The translations under genes were made by a program, and so were the position numbers. From positions 98,332,001 through 98,396,000 of the forward strand of contig OX597820.1 in assembly GCA_951406725.2 (NCBI GenBank): 64,000 nt of DNA, written 5' to 3'. Shown piece by piece: positions 12,432 through 26,480 of this stretch. Source of the stretch: Octopus vulgaris (taxonomy: Eukaryota). The stretch's first letter is position 1. Each line of letters starts with the position of its first letter. A model generated the notes under the pieces. The model was not told the origin of the DNA. It was given only the letters and a program-made list of their open reading frames with translations, and ran no database searches.

Positions 12432-13120
12432 TGTCATCATACCACTTTTTTCCTCCTTTGTACGGCCACACCTTGAATACTGCTGCCCACTGTGGTCTCC
12501 TCATACAAAACATCTCCAGAATTGAGTCACCCCAGAGGGCACTCACTAAACGAATTGAAGGCATGGCTGCTCTCGATTATTGGGATCGTCTTAAAGCCTT
12601 GAAACTTTACTCCCTCCAACGTCGCCGTGAGCGGTACATCATTTGTACGATGTGGAAAATATACCGCCAACTTTGCCCAAACGACCTAAACATTAGCTTC
12701 ATGGTTCATCCAAGACTTGGACCACGGGCTATACGTCCCCTGCCTAATTCAAGATCACAACATACATGTACACTGCAACATAATTTCTTTTCTTCAACAG
12801 GCCCTGCCCTATTTAACATTGTCCCGAGGGAGATCAAAGAGGAAAAGGATCCCATCAACTTTAAACAGAGTCTGGATAGATTCCTTCAAAGAATACCAGA
12901 TAAGCCACCCATAATTGGATACAACTCACCCAACAAGAACTCACTACTTGAAAAAAACTGGATACAACTCACCCAACAAGAACTCACTACTTGAACAAAA
13001 CTTGACTTAAACAAAACTTGACTTAAACAGGATTCGAATAATCCTATCAGGTGGTGCTATTAAGTTAGACATGGCCTGGACCAATCTTTGGTCGAAACAT
13101 ATCTAAGTTTACCTAAGTTT
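12430..13120 (+). mobile_element. CR1-group LINE 3' end (ORF2 C-terminus plus 3' UTR)
   Basis: IESPQRALTKRIEGMAALDYWDRLKALKLYSLQRRRERY is the CR1/L2-type post-RT motif; small tandem duplications near 12917-13028; ends (ctaagttt)2. Confidence 0.8.
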
Positions 13121-13327
13121 ATATATATATATAAGGAGTTAAATTAATTATCTTAGTATGGATAATTCGGTTAACCGATACCTGGGTAGCAAATTCATGT
13201 CGGAAAAACACGGTTGAAGCTACATGCCAAGGGCAGATATCACGTGCTTTCGTGTGGAAATTTGTGTTTTTTTAATACAAATAAATGAAAGAATGGAGTT
13301 GAACGACGATTTAACAAAATTTCTTTA

Positions 13328-13410
13328 TTCTCGACATATGTTTCGAAGGCTGCATATTCCTAATTTCGAAGGAATAAAGGGTGCATTATGCCGCTTTCTC
13401 ATCAGGAAAA
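13328..13410 (-). ncRNA. Minimal type I hammerhead ribozyme motif (Penelope-like element type)
   Basis: Minus: ttttc-CTGATGA-gaaagcggcata...tatgcagccttc-GAAAC-atat-GTC-gagaa; stems I and II pair, stem III is palindromic (acatatgt). Confidence 0.8.
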
Positions 13411-13506
13411 ACAAGGAACTTATGTCAGCATCAAGATGAACAAAAACTTTTAGATGACTGCCCACACGGAGCCCATGGCGATATATATATATATATATAT
13501 ATATAT

Positions 13507-14200
13507 GAATTCTGTACGATTCTTTTACTCTTTCTTCTAGCCCCCTTTACACTTCATTCTTTCCAGATTTCTTTTCCTCGCTCCCTCTCTCTCACATTTC
13601 TTGGCCTTCCCTTCATCTTCATTTTCCCTCCTCTTTTACCTCACTTTCTCCCATTCCTTCCGTTTGCTCTCTTTCTCGTCTCTCCTTAATTTTCAATCTC
13701 TCTGCTCCACCTTTCTTTTCTTCTTCCACGTGACCGGTGTTCCGCCAAGCCTGACCTTTCTTTCTTGGTTCGACTACCAACTGTGTAGCATCTCTTATAT
13801 TCCTTCCCATAACTTTCATCTCTTATGTTTCTGTCGTAAGGCTTCACCTCTGCACACACCAGCTTCAGTTAATTCGTTCTTAGTCGAAAGACACCTGTTG
13901 TTAATGTCCTGTTGTTTGTATTTGTAATTGTGTACCATTTCTCAATGTTTTTCGTCCTTGTTTTTGTATACATTCGCTTGCTTTCTTCTAAGGAGTTTAG
14001 TGATCTTCTTAGCTGAGATTTTCTTGGGGTCGGCCATATTGGAGCAGTTTCGAGCGTAATCGGCTGCAACTACAAAGATAATCTGGAAGTCGACTGAGGA
14101 TAGGAAGCTCCGAATGACCCGTCCTTGTTCTTTCCTGTTCATTTTTGTATCGTCTAAATTTCCAGAAGTTTTGTTGTCGCCTGTTACGTCCTTGTTCTGT
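13507..14200. repeat. Unclassified ~650-bp interspersed repeat, copy 1
   Basis: Co-linear with 19345-19986 (cacgtgaccggt, cgaaagacacctgttgtta, ttgtatcgtcta); both flanked by (TA)n. Confidence 0.75.
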
Positions 14201-14212
14201 ATTTTTTGTTTT

Positions 14213-14258
<46 letters not shown>

Positions 14259-14260
<2 letters not shown>

Positions 14261-14337
14261 TTTATTTAAAAGCAGCAGAAATATAACAAAATCTGTTACT
14301 CAGAGTTTCACGTTCCCGTGCGTCGGACAGTTTTGTT
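14259..14337 (-). repeat. Short repeat carrying a variant hammerhead-like motif (same family as 51193-51325 and 49031-49128)
   Basis: Minus: ctgt-ccgacgc-acgggaacgt-gaaac-tctga-gta-acag; here the last core A is changed to C. Confidence 0.65.
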
Positions 14338-14857
14338 AAGATATATATATATATATATAAGAGAGAGAGAGAGTGAGAGAGAAAGTGATAGAGAGTTAAA
14401 CAGACAGATGCATAAACACATAAATACATAAATACACCTCCCCGCGCGTACAGGCAGACATACACACACGAACACACACGCACACACATACAAGCACCTA
14501 AAAACACGCACATACACATACACAGATTTGCCTACTATTGCTCATATGTAAATATGCTTCCACATTTAAATAATTATGTGTATGCTATAGTATATACATA
14601 CATATATACAAGCATACAAGCATACTTACATACAAGGATGCATGCATACATGCATTATACATACATGCATACACACATGCATATATATATGTATAGTTAC
14701 ATACAAAGATGTTTTGCAAACAACTTGCACATGCAAGTGGTTCCAGTCAAGAATTCCGCATACCGGAAGCCAGCAAGTGTATGGGGTCATCAGGAGAGAA
14801 TGCGCGCCGTTTCGAGGCATCCCTCTCGACGACATCAATACGAACCAGCCCTCCTCA

Positions 14858-14915
<58 letters not shown>

Positions 14916-15120
14916 CATGTCTAGATATGCAACTACATGCATGAGAATATATACATAAAACATACAAATCATACCATACGTACATACATACAGACATACA
15001 TACATATAAACAAAAATACTTTGTTGTCGGTGTTGAAATTCCAATGAAGGAGCCTTGGATCTTGGTTAGAAACCCGTTCTTTCTCTATTGGCAAGAAATC
15101 TTGAACTAAATTGAATAACG

Positions 15121-15545
15121 GCATACATATATACACATAGTTACATACATACATACATGCATATATACATACAAGCATACATACATACATACACACACAT
15201 ATACATACATACACGCATATACATACATACACGTACATATACATACATACATGCATACATATATACACACATATGCGTACATACACAAACATATACATAC
15301 ACATACATATATACATACATGCATACATACATACACACACATATACATACATACATACACGCATATACATACATACACATACATATATATGCATACATGC
15401 ATACATATATACACACATATGCATACATACACAAACATATACATACACAAACATATACATACACAAACATATACATACACATACACATATACATATATGC
15501 ATACATACCTACATACAGACGGACAGACAGACAAACAGACATATA
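15121..15545. repeat. Long compound (CA/TA/CATA) low-complexity tract
   Basis: Directly visible; source of several spurious ORFs. Confidence 0.95.
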
Positions 15546-16118
15546 CCAAAGTACTTTATACTATATTCTACGCAGAACCAACTAACTTTCTTGTTTGAAT
15601 TTACACACAGTAACAAGATCGCCTCGTTTGATAATATTTGTCATATAAAGCCCAAAAAGCGATTCTGGCGTGAACCTGATACCTGTAATATTATGTTATT
15701 TCAAGGGGTGGATGTATACAGCCTTGGGGATTTAGTGTGTGGGAATTATAACTTTGCAATGTTGTCCACATGTTGGTATCTTTAGGCGTGTCCTCCTCTA
15801 TATCTTTCCGGCCGACATTAGCGTCAAGTAAGAATATTTCGTCATGTTATAGAACGTGAATCGTCATCATATAAATACTATTAATTTTCTGCTTGTATCT
15901 CACTGCAAGACGTGTTGCAACGTGTGAAATTTCTGGTAAGAGTATGTATATATATATATAGGCAGACAGCGAAGCATGCATGAAACCTCACTGACAGAAA
16001 ATATACACACGTCCATACATACATGATGTACTTGTGTGTGTGTGTCTGTGTGTGTAGGGAAACACATGCTTTGAATTCATTTATGCATCCACAAATGCAT
16101 AGATAGACTAGTATAAAC

Positions 16119-16194
<76 letters not shown>

Positions 16195-16239
16195 GTATTT
16201 ATATAAATATAAATATATATATATATATGTATATATGTG

Positions 16240-16322
<83 letters not shown>

Positions 16323-16986
16323 GAAGAGAGAGAAGGACAGAGAGAAACAGAAAAGGAGAAAGAGAGAGAAAGAGAGGAGACAGAGAGAGAAATGTGTACA
16401 TTCATGTACGTATGTATATATGTATATAAACTTACATGTATTTCTACACGCAATATATACATATTCATATACACGTGTTTGTGCGTGTATGGGTGTGTGT
16501 GTGCATGGATGTGTGTGAGTTAGTGTGTGTGTGTGCGCGCTCGTGTGTGTGTGCGCGCGCTCGTGTGTGTGTGTGTGTGTGTGCGTCATTGTGTGTGCAT
16601 GCGTGTATAAAATCATATAGACATAGAGCTAGGCATACAGACAACCAGAAACAGGAGACAGAAATAGATAGACGTAGTGACATAGATACGTGCAACACAC
16701 TTATGTAAGGAACATGTATATCATAAGTTTATAGGGACATAAAAAGCATAACACACACACACACACACACGCACAAACAAGCAATATATACGTGCGCAGA
16801 TACACGAAACGGCGTTCAGTTCGACTCCGTTTCTTCGACTATGAAGCACGTCTTATACATGCGCTTCATATATGTCAATCATGTAAACCTCTCGCATTGA
16901 AGGTCGCATCAGAGACATACTCCAAAACGAAATCTTTACAAACACATTCATACAAATACACTCATGCGAATATATATGCATGTATA

Positions 16987-17049
<63 letters not shown>

Positions 17050-17260
17050 AGTTAATCCAAATAACAAAGCAGAATAAAACACAACAACGCGAGGACGTGG
17101 AACAAATATAGTATTATTGGACGCTCAGGAAAGAAGGAAAGAAGGAGGTTTTAACGTTTCGAGTGGAGCTCTTTGTCGGAAACATAGGAGAAGGAAAGAT
17201 CCAGAGAAGGGAAGACAGAGGAAAAAAATCGCCAACGGTATACACGAGGTCACATTTTGA
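17050..17260 (-). repeat. Penelope-like terminal repeat fragment with degenerate hammerhead
   Basis: Minus ccgacaa-agagctccactc-gaaac-gtta; related motifs at 21350-21555 and 21622-21800 (ctgttaa-agagcataggctc-gaaac-gta). Confidence 0.5.
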
Positions 17261-17424
17261 AAGACCATATATACATGCATATATATTATCTTTTCTTTTA
17301 TCTTTTACTTATTTTAGTCATTTGACTGCTGTCATCCTTGGCCGTTGCCTTAAGGCACTTTTTTAGTTAACCGTATCGACTCCACGACTGAATCCATTCC
17401 AGCGTTTATTTTTAAAGCCTAGTC

Positions 17425-19195
17425 CTAAAAAATATTTCCGCCAATATTCGTGGTGTTGATGTTTATGTATGTATTCAATAGCGGGAGGACTATCAATTTA
17501 TATCTCATGACAGCCTTGTTTTTGAATGCCATTGTATACTTTTTAGAGACAACGTCATGTCGCTTTGGCATGTAGTACTTTGATGACATTTTTGAGCAGC
17601 TACCTATGACATGCGTCATGTGTCTCATTGAAATGTGAAATAATCGACATTTTTAGTTGCAACTTGGGAGTCTAAGGCTTCACCTTGTTTACAATGTATT
17701 TTGTAGCTATGTCCGGCTCTTGATTTGCAAATATATACATAACCTTGGATGTGTGATGGGATGTAGCGGTCGCAATGTTAATGTCATTTTCAAGTCTTCG
17801 GCAAACATGTTCAAAATGGATTCTTTTAGTATGCAGAGCGTTCCACATCGAGGTCTCCTTTCGGAGTTCCATATACATGGAGTGGATTTCCTCCTGAGAC
17901 AAGTTAAACCTCTCAAGTGTTGGTATCAGCGATGGTACTAAAAATGCATTATGAAATATTGCCTTGTTGTGAGAAAAGGGCGTAGATTGCCATGTTTTCG
18001 AAAATTTGGTATAATATCGTCGAGTTACTTTTTGTTCAAAGCAGTTACCTTAGCATGGCTGCATTGTAAAGATTGAAAGAAGAAAAAAGATAAAAGGCAA
18101 AAAGCACCTACGTATGACATGTTTTCATCAATGCCTAAGTATTTGTAGCATTCTTTGTGTGGAACAGGGTAAATAGAGAGATCGTTGATGTGCAGATTTT
18201 CTTCGTTCAGCAATCTAATATACTCTTTTACTCTTTTACTTGTTTCAGTCATTTGACTGCGGCCATGCTGGAGCACCGCCTTTAGTCGAGCAAATCGACC
18301 CCGGGACTTATTCTTTGTAAGCCCAGTACTTATTCTATCGGTCTCTTTTGCCGAACCGCTAAGTAACGGGGACATAAACACACCAGCATCGGTTGTCAAG
18401 CAATGCTAGGGGGACAAACACACTTACACAAACACACACACGCATATATATATATACATATATACGACGGGCTTCTTTCAGTTTCCGTCTACCAAATCCA
18501 CTCACAAGGCATTAGTCGGTCCGGGGCTAAAGCAGAAGACACTTGCCCAAGATGCCACGCAGTGGGACTGAACCCGGAACCATGTGGCTGGTTAGCAAGC
18601 TACTTACACTTCTTTATAAAATTCCCACGCTATACCAACTGTAAATGTTGCTGGTAAGTCCAGCTATCTGTTGGCATTATACTCAGTTTTAACATTAATC
18701 TTCAGATCTTCCAGAAAGAAAGTATAGATTGCATTGACACATGCTGCAGATGCGGACGCTAGCATGGAGTCACTGGAGATTTTTAAAGAGAAATCTATGT
18801 ATGTATGCTCTATTTTTCTTTTTAGCCTACTTAGTAGCAAGGTTGTGAAGGATAGCATCTTGTTTTAGCAATTATCCTTTAAATCTGAAGAAGGTCTTGC
18901 AGATTTTCATAGCTCCAGGTATCGTTGTCATTTGTAGCGAGGAGTGGCTGTGTGGTAAGTAGTTTGCTAACCTGTTGTTGCAATAGTAATAGGTATGAAG
19001 CTGAAAATATATCTTGAGTACTGAATTTGCAACCTCCTAATCAATGATCCTTAGATGTCCGCTTTCTCTTGTATTTTTCGAACCACATTGGTGTCCAGAA
19101 GAAGCTGAATTTCTTAAAATATATCTTTCCTTTGTGGTCTCACATCATAATATCTGACCTGTTGTGTTTCAACTTGGTGGCTGTTTTCATTTATT
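17425..19195 (-). mobile_element. Heavily decayed, rearranged RLE-clade LINE interrupted by a SINE
   Basis: Minus-strand peptides ECYKYLGIDEN (~18120-18160), KYYMPKRHDVVSK (~17550-17590), [13 protein letters not shown] (~19145-19190). Confidence 0.65.
18222..18608 (-). mobile_element. SINE family A (tRNA-derived, internal microsatellite, TAAAAGAG tail)
   Basis: Reverse complement of the 24221-24660 copy. Confidence 0.9.
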
Positions 19196-19219
19196 TATAT
19201 AAACAAATATATATATACA

Positions 19220-19336
<117 letters not shown>

Positions 19337-19344
19337 GCATACAT

Positions 19345-19986
19345 ATATTCTTCTCTTTACTCTTTTCTTTTTCTCGCTCCCCCTCTCTCACATTTCTTGG
19401 CATTCTCTTTCTTTAATCCCTACTTTTCTTCGTAATATCCCTTGTAACTTTCCCTTTGTCCCTTCCCCACCTCTCTCACTCTAGTTCCTTCCCTAATTCT
19501 ACAATATGTCTCCTACTTCTCCCTGTTCCTTCCACGTGACCGGTCTTCGGTCAAGCATGATCTTTCTTGGCCCGACCGCCGACCGCACAACACTTTATTT
19601 TCCTGTCTCCTGACCTTTGATCTATGTTGTACCGCAAGGCTTTCAACCCACACGCCAGCTCATGCCAACTTCTCCTTATTAATCGAAAGACACCTGTTGT
19701 TATTCTCGTGTTTGTATTTGTAACTGTGTAACATTTTCTCCATTTTCTCGGGTTTTTTTCTGTGTTATCGTATACATACGCTTGCTTACTTCCAAAAGTT
19801 TGATACTCTTAGCTTAGATTTTTGGAGCCTACCAATTTTGAACTGTTTCAAGTGTAAGAGGCCGAAGCTGTATAGATAATTGGAAACTTGACTAATGAAC
19901 TGAAAGCCACGAGTGATCCGTCCCTGTTTTTCCTGTCCGTCTTTGTATCGTCTATCTAACCCTGTGCTTTTATTGACGTCCGTTTA
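19345..19986. repeat. Unclassified ~650-bp interspersed repeat, copy 2
   Basis: Co-linear with 13507-14200. Confidence 0.75.
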
Positions 19987-20334
19987 TATATATATATATA
20001 TATCCACACCAAACAGTGTTTAGGCATAATTGAAGTTTCAGTCAGTTAATACGTTTGTGACACATTTCAACTGCCAAACGCAAATTTAATGTTGTACCGT
20101 GGAGAAGAAATTTATATATATATATATATGAATATAGATATATGTAATATTTGGAACTAATGAGTACACGTCAGTTACTGTGCTGATATGTTGAGTAAAG
20201 CCCTGGCACACTTTGGGCTACCTGATGTTAACCGCAGTTAAGGTGTATTTCCTTTGGATCTACTTCAGGAATTCCGCAGTAGTAGTTGAGATAATAATCG
20301 ATTAAGTAAACACAAGATTGGATTGGTATAGGTC

Positions 20335-21181
20335 TTTATTTTGTGCGACGACTGTTTCGACCCATCCTGCAACTGTCTTTCACAGGTGCGATGCTGTATG
20401 AGGGAGTTTGGTCTGCTACCCTCATCTCTACTTCATGTCGGGCCATTGGTTCATCCAGTGTTGCGGAGAGGAGGCTGTCTACTTTCTATTTGAAGACATT
20501 TACGTCCACATCATGTAGATTTCTTAATTTTTCTTTTTTGTAGCAGGGCATTGAATAGTTATGGGCCTTTGAACCCTAGGCTTTTGCAGTACTTGTTCCT
20601 GAATTTAGATGGAGTGGAAGGTTCATTTGTTACAATACAATGACATCCAATTCTAGCATTTGTATAAGATTCGATGCCGAAATTAAGTACTAGCCCTTCT
20701 AGAGTTTTCCATATATAGATTATTACATATCAGTCGTGCCTTTGATCTAGGAAGTAAACGTGACATCTGAAGCAGCCAAAAAAAACACGTCCGAGCGTAA
20801 GAGGTTAGCAAACTACTTACCACATCCAGGCGGCTGAGAACAAAGGTTCTCCACAGAGTCAACATAACTTCTTGGTCTTTTGTCTTTAAGGACCTCAGTA
20901 TCCATCCTGCCAGTTATCTGTATTTTACTGCTATCTTAGTAATGTGTATATGAAATGATGCATCATATGAACGTGGGACGAAAGGCATAACACTGTATGT
21001 GTGTGTGTGTGTGTGTGGTGTGTGCAGGTGGGGTCGTGAGTTGATAGTGCAGTGCTTGAAATTTTCCAGCATTAAATTGCATGTTGTTTATTTCAGCCCA
21101 CTTGTATATTGCATTGAGGTCCCGTTGTAAGCTTGCGGCGTCATCTTGATTTTTATTGCCTGCGATAATTTTGTAGCCTCG
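20335..21181 (-). mobile_element. Decayed CR1-group LINE 3' portion, cut at the RT YADD region
   Basis: TKLSQAIK / NQDDAASLQRDLNAIYKWAEINNMQFNAGKFQAL and MLTLWRTFVLSRLD are CR1-type RT C-terminal motifs. Confidence 0.75.
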
Positions 21182-21243
21182 TCTACATTCTGATACCAAG
21201 TATACTCATCTAAAATCTCACACCAACTATACTCAGCTGCAAC
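21182..21243 (+). repeat. 27-bp repeat block 2
   Basis: tctacattctg ataccaagtatactcatctaaaatctc acaccaactatactcagctgcaa. Confidence 0.9.
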
Positions 21244-21556
21244 TGCCTAACGTCTGTCTTTCAGGAAGCCATGCAGCCACAAATAAACACTATATATCTT
21301 TATGAGCTACATACTGAGCATACATATCAGCTACACACATATACGTATGGTTCAAATTTACAGCAAACAGAAAACGAAGACAGGTGTAGGAACAACAAGC
21401 AGGTGTGTTAGTTTAACGGTCGAGAAGAACGGAAACGGCTTTTACGTTACGAACCTACGCTCTTCGACAAAAAGGATTAAGAGGGGGGAAAACGAAGAGA
21501 GACAGAGAAAAAACCGGAGAAATAAAAAGATGCGTAGAGATTAACGGCTCAACATG

Positions 21557-21624
<68 letters not shown>

Positions 21625-22462
21625 GGAATTTACAAAATTACAAAAGATGAAAACAGCTGTATAAACAAGAAACAAGTGTATTAGATTAACACTCCGGAAG
21701 GTGAGAAAGTCTTCTACGTTTCGAGCCTATGCTCTTTAACAGAAAGGAACACGAGAAAATAAACAGAGAGAATAAAAAAGGGTTTAGTGGTTAGCGGTCG
21801 ATGTATGCATGTATGTATGTATGTACGTATATGTATGTACATATATTATTATCATTATTATTATTATTAATTAAGTTATTATTATTATTATTATTATTTA
21901 TTATGTTATTAATATTATTGTCGTTGTTGTTCCTTTATTGTTGTTGCTGTTGTTATTGTATTTTGTTGTTCTTTATTATATACTACATCACATTATTATA
22001 AATCATTGCATTTCGTTATACTATGTTATAGGGAATGACAAACAGAGAGAAGAAGCATAAAAAGGGAGAGATAACAAGAGAGAGGAAGAGAAGAGATATA
22101 AAAAGATGGATAAAGAGATCATTTTGCTGTTCTTTGGTTACTATTGCGTGTTTAGCTCGTCATGGATACAACGCAGAATGTTTGAAGAATTTACACATCA
22201 ATTCAGCTGTTGCAAGTTAGATACAATCCCTTAGAGTTACGGAGTTCATACATATCTCGTAGGTTTTTAGCTGCGTAACTAGGATGCGCCACCACACTGC
22301 ATCAGAAATATGAAAAGAAAATTTTTTTTTAATAAGCAAGATATGCGTACATATAACACCTCTCCTAATCTTACACGCACAGAAATACACAAATACACAG
22401 ACACACAGGAACATAAATATATATGAAGGATGTACGTTTTCCTCACACACCCTTCTTTTCTG

Positions 22463-22522
<60 letters not shown>

Positions 22523-22625
22523 TATGTACATATGTATGTATGTACGTATGTATATTGCACAGATGTATGTAATGTATGTGTATGTGTTGAGATGTGTGTG
22601 TTTATATCGTTTATATTTATGCTAC

Positions 22626-22680
22626 TACTCATCTACAATCTGATACCAACTATATTCATCTAGATTTCTGATACCAAGTA
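22626..22680 (+). repeat. 27-bp repeat block 3
   Basis: tactcatctacaatctg ataccaactatattcatctagatttctg ataccaagta. Confidence 0.9.
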
Positions 22681-22723
22681 GTTTATATATCTTGTGCTCA
22701 AGAGGCCGTTTTATATATACATA

Positions 22724-22760
<37 letters not shown>

Positions 22761-22780
22761 TTTAATGGATATGTGTATAC

Positions 22781-22837
<57 letters not shown>

Positions 22838-22947
22838 CACATATACATATATAGAGACACACACATAGAAACGTAGGCACACATATTAATGTATGTAAAT
22901 ATAAATATACCTCTCTCTCCCTCTCTACTTCTGACTGTATGTGTGCG

Positions 22948-23030
<83 letters not shown>

Positions 23031-23068
23031 AAAGAGGCAGATAGGAAGACGCAAGTAATTAAAGATTC

Positions 23069-23131
<63 letters not shown>

Positions 23132-23152
23132 TACACATACACACACACACAC

Positions 23153-23186
<34 letters not shown>

Positions 23187-23826
23187 ACGTATATATGTTT
23201 GGGTTTGACTGTGTAGTGCGACAGAGAAAGAGACAAATAAGAACACATAGACAAATATATATGCATTCATACCCTTTTATTCAAGCAAATCTACACTCAG
23301 CTCTGTCTTCGTACGTAACTTTCACCAAAATATGCTTGTCTTCGTAGATACATTTATTAGGAAACTAAAATTACCCACCGTTCAATTCTTGTTTTTTCTG
23401 CCCGCATCTCTCTCTCCCTCTCTCTCTTTCTCTCTTTGTCTCTGTCTCTCTCTGTCTCTCTATCTGTCTGTCTCTCTGCATCGTTGCCCTTCTCTTTCTA
23501 TATGTCTCTGTTTCTTTTCCTCCTTCACTATTCATATACTACGTACCTTTCTTTTTTTAACTTGAAATGCCTTTTTGTATATTGCCGTCCTTCCAAGCAT
23601 AAATTTACGCTCTGTTGACAGTGTCGTTTTGCTGATAAGATATCTTTCCCAAATGTCATTCCCTGTAGTAAGACTTGTCCCTTTTCAAGAATATATTAAC
23701 TTTAACTCAATACTTTTGGAGTTCGTATAGTGTATCCGCCAAGTCGACAAATTGGTCGAGTGATTAGAGCGTTGGGTAGATTAACTAGCTATATTAGTTC
23801 CTGTGTTCAAATGTGGACTTTGCTTT

Positions 23827-23895
23827 TAGATACCACCTATACTCATCTACAATCTGATACGAAGTATAATCATCTGCAATGATACCAAGTATACT
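23827..23895 (+). repeat. 27-bp repeat block 4
   Basis: tag ataccacctatactcatctacaatctg atacgaagtataatcatctgcaatg ataccaagtatact. Confidence 0.9.
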
Positions 23896-24220
23896 ACTCT
23901 TGACTTGGCTGTGATTCAATTTACTCACTTTCTTTCTCTTTTTTTTTTTTTTGTTACCTCCTGAAAGAAATCGATTACGACCACACATAAAGAGCAATAA
24001 GCTGAGCTAGTTTTAAAAACGCTGAAGACTCACTGTATGTCTCCATTGCGACAATCTCTAAGATTTCATCATTAGTTTAGTTTTTGTTCGTCTCTTCGAT
24101 CTTTCATTATCTTAGTCTTCGATTTCATTGTTTACATCTGGCGTCTTGGATACGAAGCATCGTAACAAAATCAGTGCCAGCAATAATTTCTGTACAAAAT
24201 TTGTAAAGATAATCTTAACA

Positions 24221-24391
24221 AGGCGCAGGAGTGGCTATGTGGTAAGTAGCTTGCTTACCAGCCACATGGTTCCGGGTTCAGTCCCACTGCGTGGCACCTT
24301 GAGCAGATGTCTTCTACTATAGCCTCGGACCGACCAAAGCCTTGTGAGTGGATTTGGTAGACGGAAACTGAAAGAAGCCCGTCGTATATAA

Positions 24392-24446
<55 letters not shown>

Positions 24447-24660
24447 CGTGTGTGTTTGTGTGTCTGTGTTTGTCCCCCTAGCATTGCTTGACAACCGATG
24501 CTGGTGTGTTTATTTCCCCGTCACTTAGCGGTTCGGCAAAAGAGACCGATAGAATAAGTACTAGGCTTACAAAGAATAAGTCCCGGGGTCGAGTTGCTCG
24601 ATTAAAGGCGGTGCTCCAGCATGGCCGCAGTCAAATGAATGAAACAAGTAAAGAGTAAAG
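24221..24660 (+). mobile_element. SINE family A, full length
   Basis: Head ggcgcaggagtggctatgtggtaag (A box)...gggttcagtccc (B box), CORE-like caccttgagcagatgtcttc, internal (TA)n(TG)n, tail tccagcatggccgcagtcaaatga...gtaaaagag. Confidence 0.9.
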
Positions 24661-25174
24661 TGATGTAAGAGCACTGCTAACACAGTAGAACACGGTATTG
24701 ACGTAGGAAAATCTTTAGTATATTTTGTAATGTTTTATGGTTGCATAACGACATACCGTATCCTCACAAGTCATTAACATTAGTTGATAGCTCAAGATTC
24801 GGTTAGTGTGTATATTAGTGCTAACTTAAGACACATACTGGCGCGTATAGTTCGAATTTCTTCAATATCCCTTTAGTTTAATGAATATCTACTCTTGTGT
24901 AACTTTTATTTGTAAAATGAAATGAGCAAAAGGAATGCTGGAGTAAACCTTATGGACCATGTTCCCAATGTGGAGCGCTTTTGGAAAATGCCTTTTGTTA
25001 TATTCTCATTTGACTAACACCATATTTGTGCTATTTAGCGAACCGAAACTTTACAGTTAATGCACAAGGTACACACACACACGGGCGCGCGAGCGCACAC
25101 TCACACACATGGGAGAGAAAACAGAAAATGTGATGCGTTTCGAACAACTTCGTTTAAAATAAACGATTTGTCGA

Positions 25175-25575
25175 ATGGTGGCTTCTGGCAGAATCGTTAG
25201 CACGCCGGGCGAAATGCTTTCCGGTATTTCCTCTGCCGCTACGTTCTGAGTTCAAATTCCACCGAGGTCGACTTTGCCTTTCATCCTTTTGGGTTCGATT
25301 AAATAAGTACCAGTTACGCACTGGGGTCGATGTAATCGACTTAATCCGTTTGTCTGTCCTTGTTTGTCCTCTCTATGTTTAGCCCCTTGTGGGTAGTAAA
25401 GAAATAGGTATTTCGTCTGCCTTTACGTCCTGAGTTCGAATTCCACCGTGGTCAACTTTGCCTTTCATCCTTTCGAGATTGATAAAGTAAGTACCAGTTG
25501 CGTACTTGTGTCGATCTAATCCACTAGCACCCTCCATCAAAATTTCGGGCCTTGTGCCTAGTGTAGAAAAGAATA
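25175..25575 (+). mobile_element. SINE family B, one full copy plus a 5'-truncated tandem copy with a different tail
   Basis: ctggcagaatcgttag...ctgagttcaaattcc...gactttgcctttcatcctttt..gg.tcgat..aataagtaccag occurs twice. Confidence 0.85.
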
Positions 25576-25940
25576 TTAGATTTGTCGTAAGATACAGATA
25601 CTATTTTGTTATTTTTACTGTTAGATATGCGGCGAATCACTGACTAAATCTGTGGCAAAACTAACTGAAAACACTATCTTTCACCAATTGCGATGCAAAT
25701 AAATAACATGGTTGAACAAGCTGTTAGATGAAACTTAAATCCACATCAAAAATAATCTTACAATAAATTTGTCTATGTACTGAGCTTCCCCATCGGTAAA
25801 AAGCTCTGCTGTTATTCGTAAACTTGCTTTAAAATAATAATCTTAATTTAACAGTTAAATAAATAAGTAAATAAATAAATATAAGATGTTTATTTCTATA
25901 CGCGTCAGTTAGTTCTAGTAGCTATCGAACGAAGCACCAC

Positions 25941-26027
25941 TACTCATCTACAATCTGAAACAAAGTATACTAATCTAGAATTAGATACCACTCCATACTC
26001 ATCAATAATTTGATAGCCATGTATACT
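25941..26027 (+). repeat. 27-bp repeat block 5
   Basis: tactcatctacaatctg aaacaaagtatactaatctagaattag ataccactccatactcatcaataatttg atagccatgtatact. Confidence 0.9.
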
Positions 26028-26056
26028 AGAAATAACTTCCAAATCATTCTCAAACA

Positions 26057-26480
26057 AGGCGCAGGATGGCTATGTGGTAAGTAGCTTGCCAACCAACCAC
26101 ATGGTTTAGGGTTCAGTCCCACTGCGTGACATCTTGGGCAAGTGTCTTCTGCTATAGTCTCAGGCCGACTAAAGCCTTGTTAGCGGATTTGGTAGACGGA
26201 AACTGAAAGAAGCTCGTCGTATATATATATGTATATATATATATGTATGTGTGTGTATATGTTTGTGTGTCTGTGTTTGTCCCTCTAGCATTGCTTGACA
26301 ACCGATGCTGGTGTGTTTACGTCCCCGTCACTTAGCGGTTCGGCAAAAGAGACCGATAGAATAAGTACTGGGCTTACAAAGAATAAGTCCCGGGGTCGAT
26401 TTGCTCGACTGAAGGCGGTGTTCCAACATGGCCGCAGTCAAATGCCTGAAACAAGTAAAAGAGTAAAAGAGTAAAGAGAG
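26057..26480 (+). mobile_element. SINE family A, full length
   Basis: Co-linear with 24221-24660. Confidence 0.9.
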
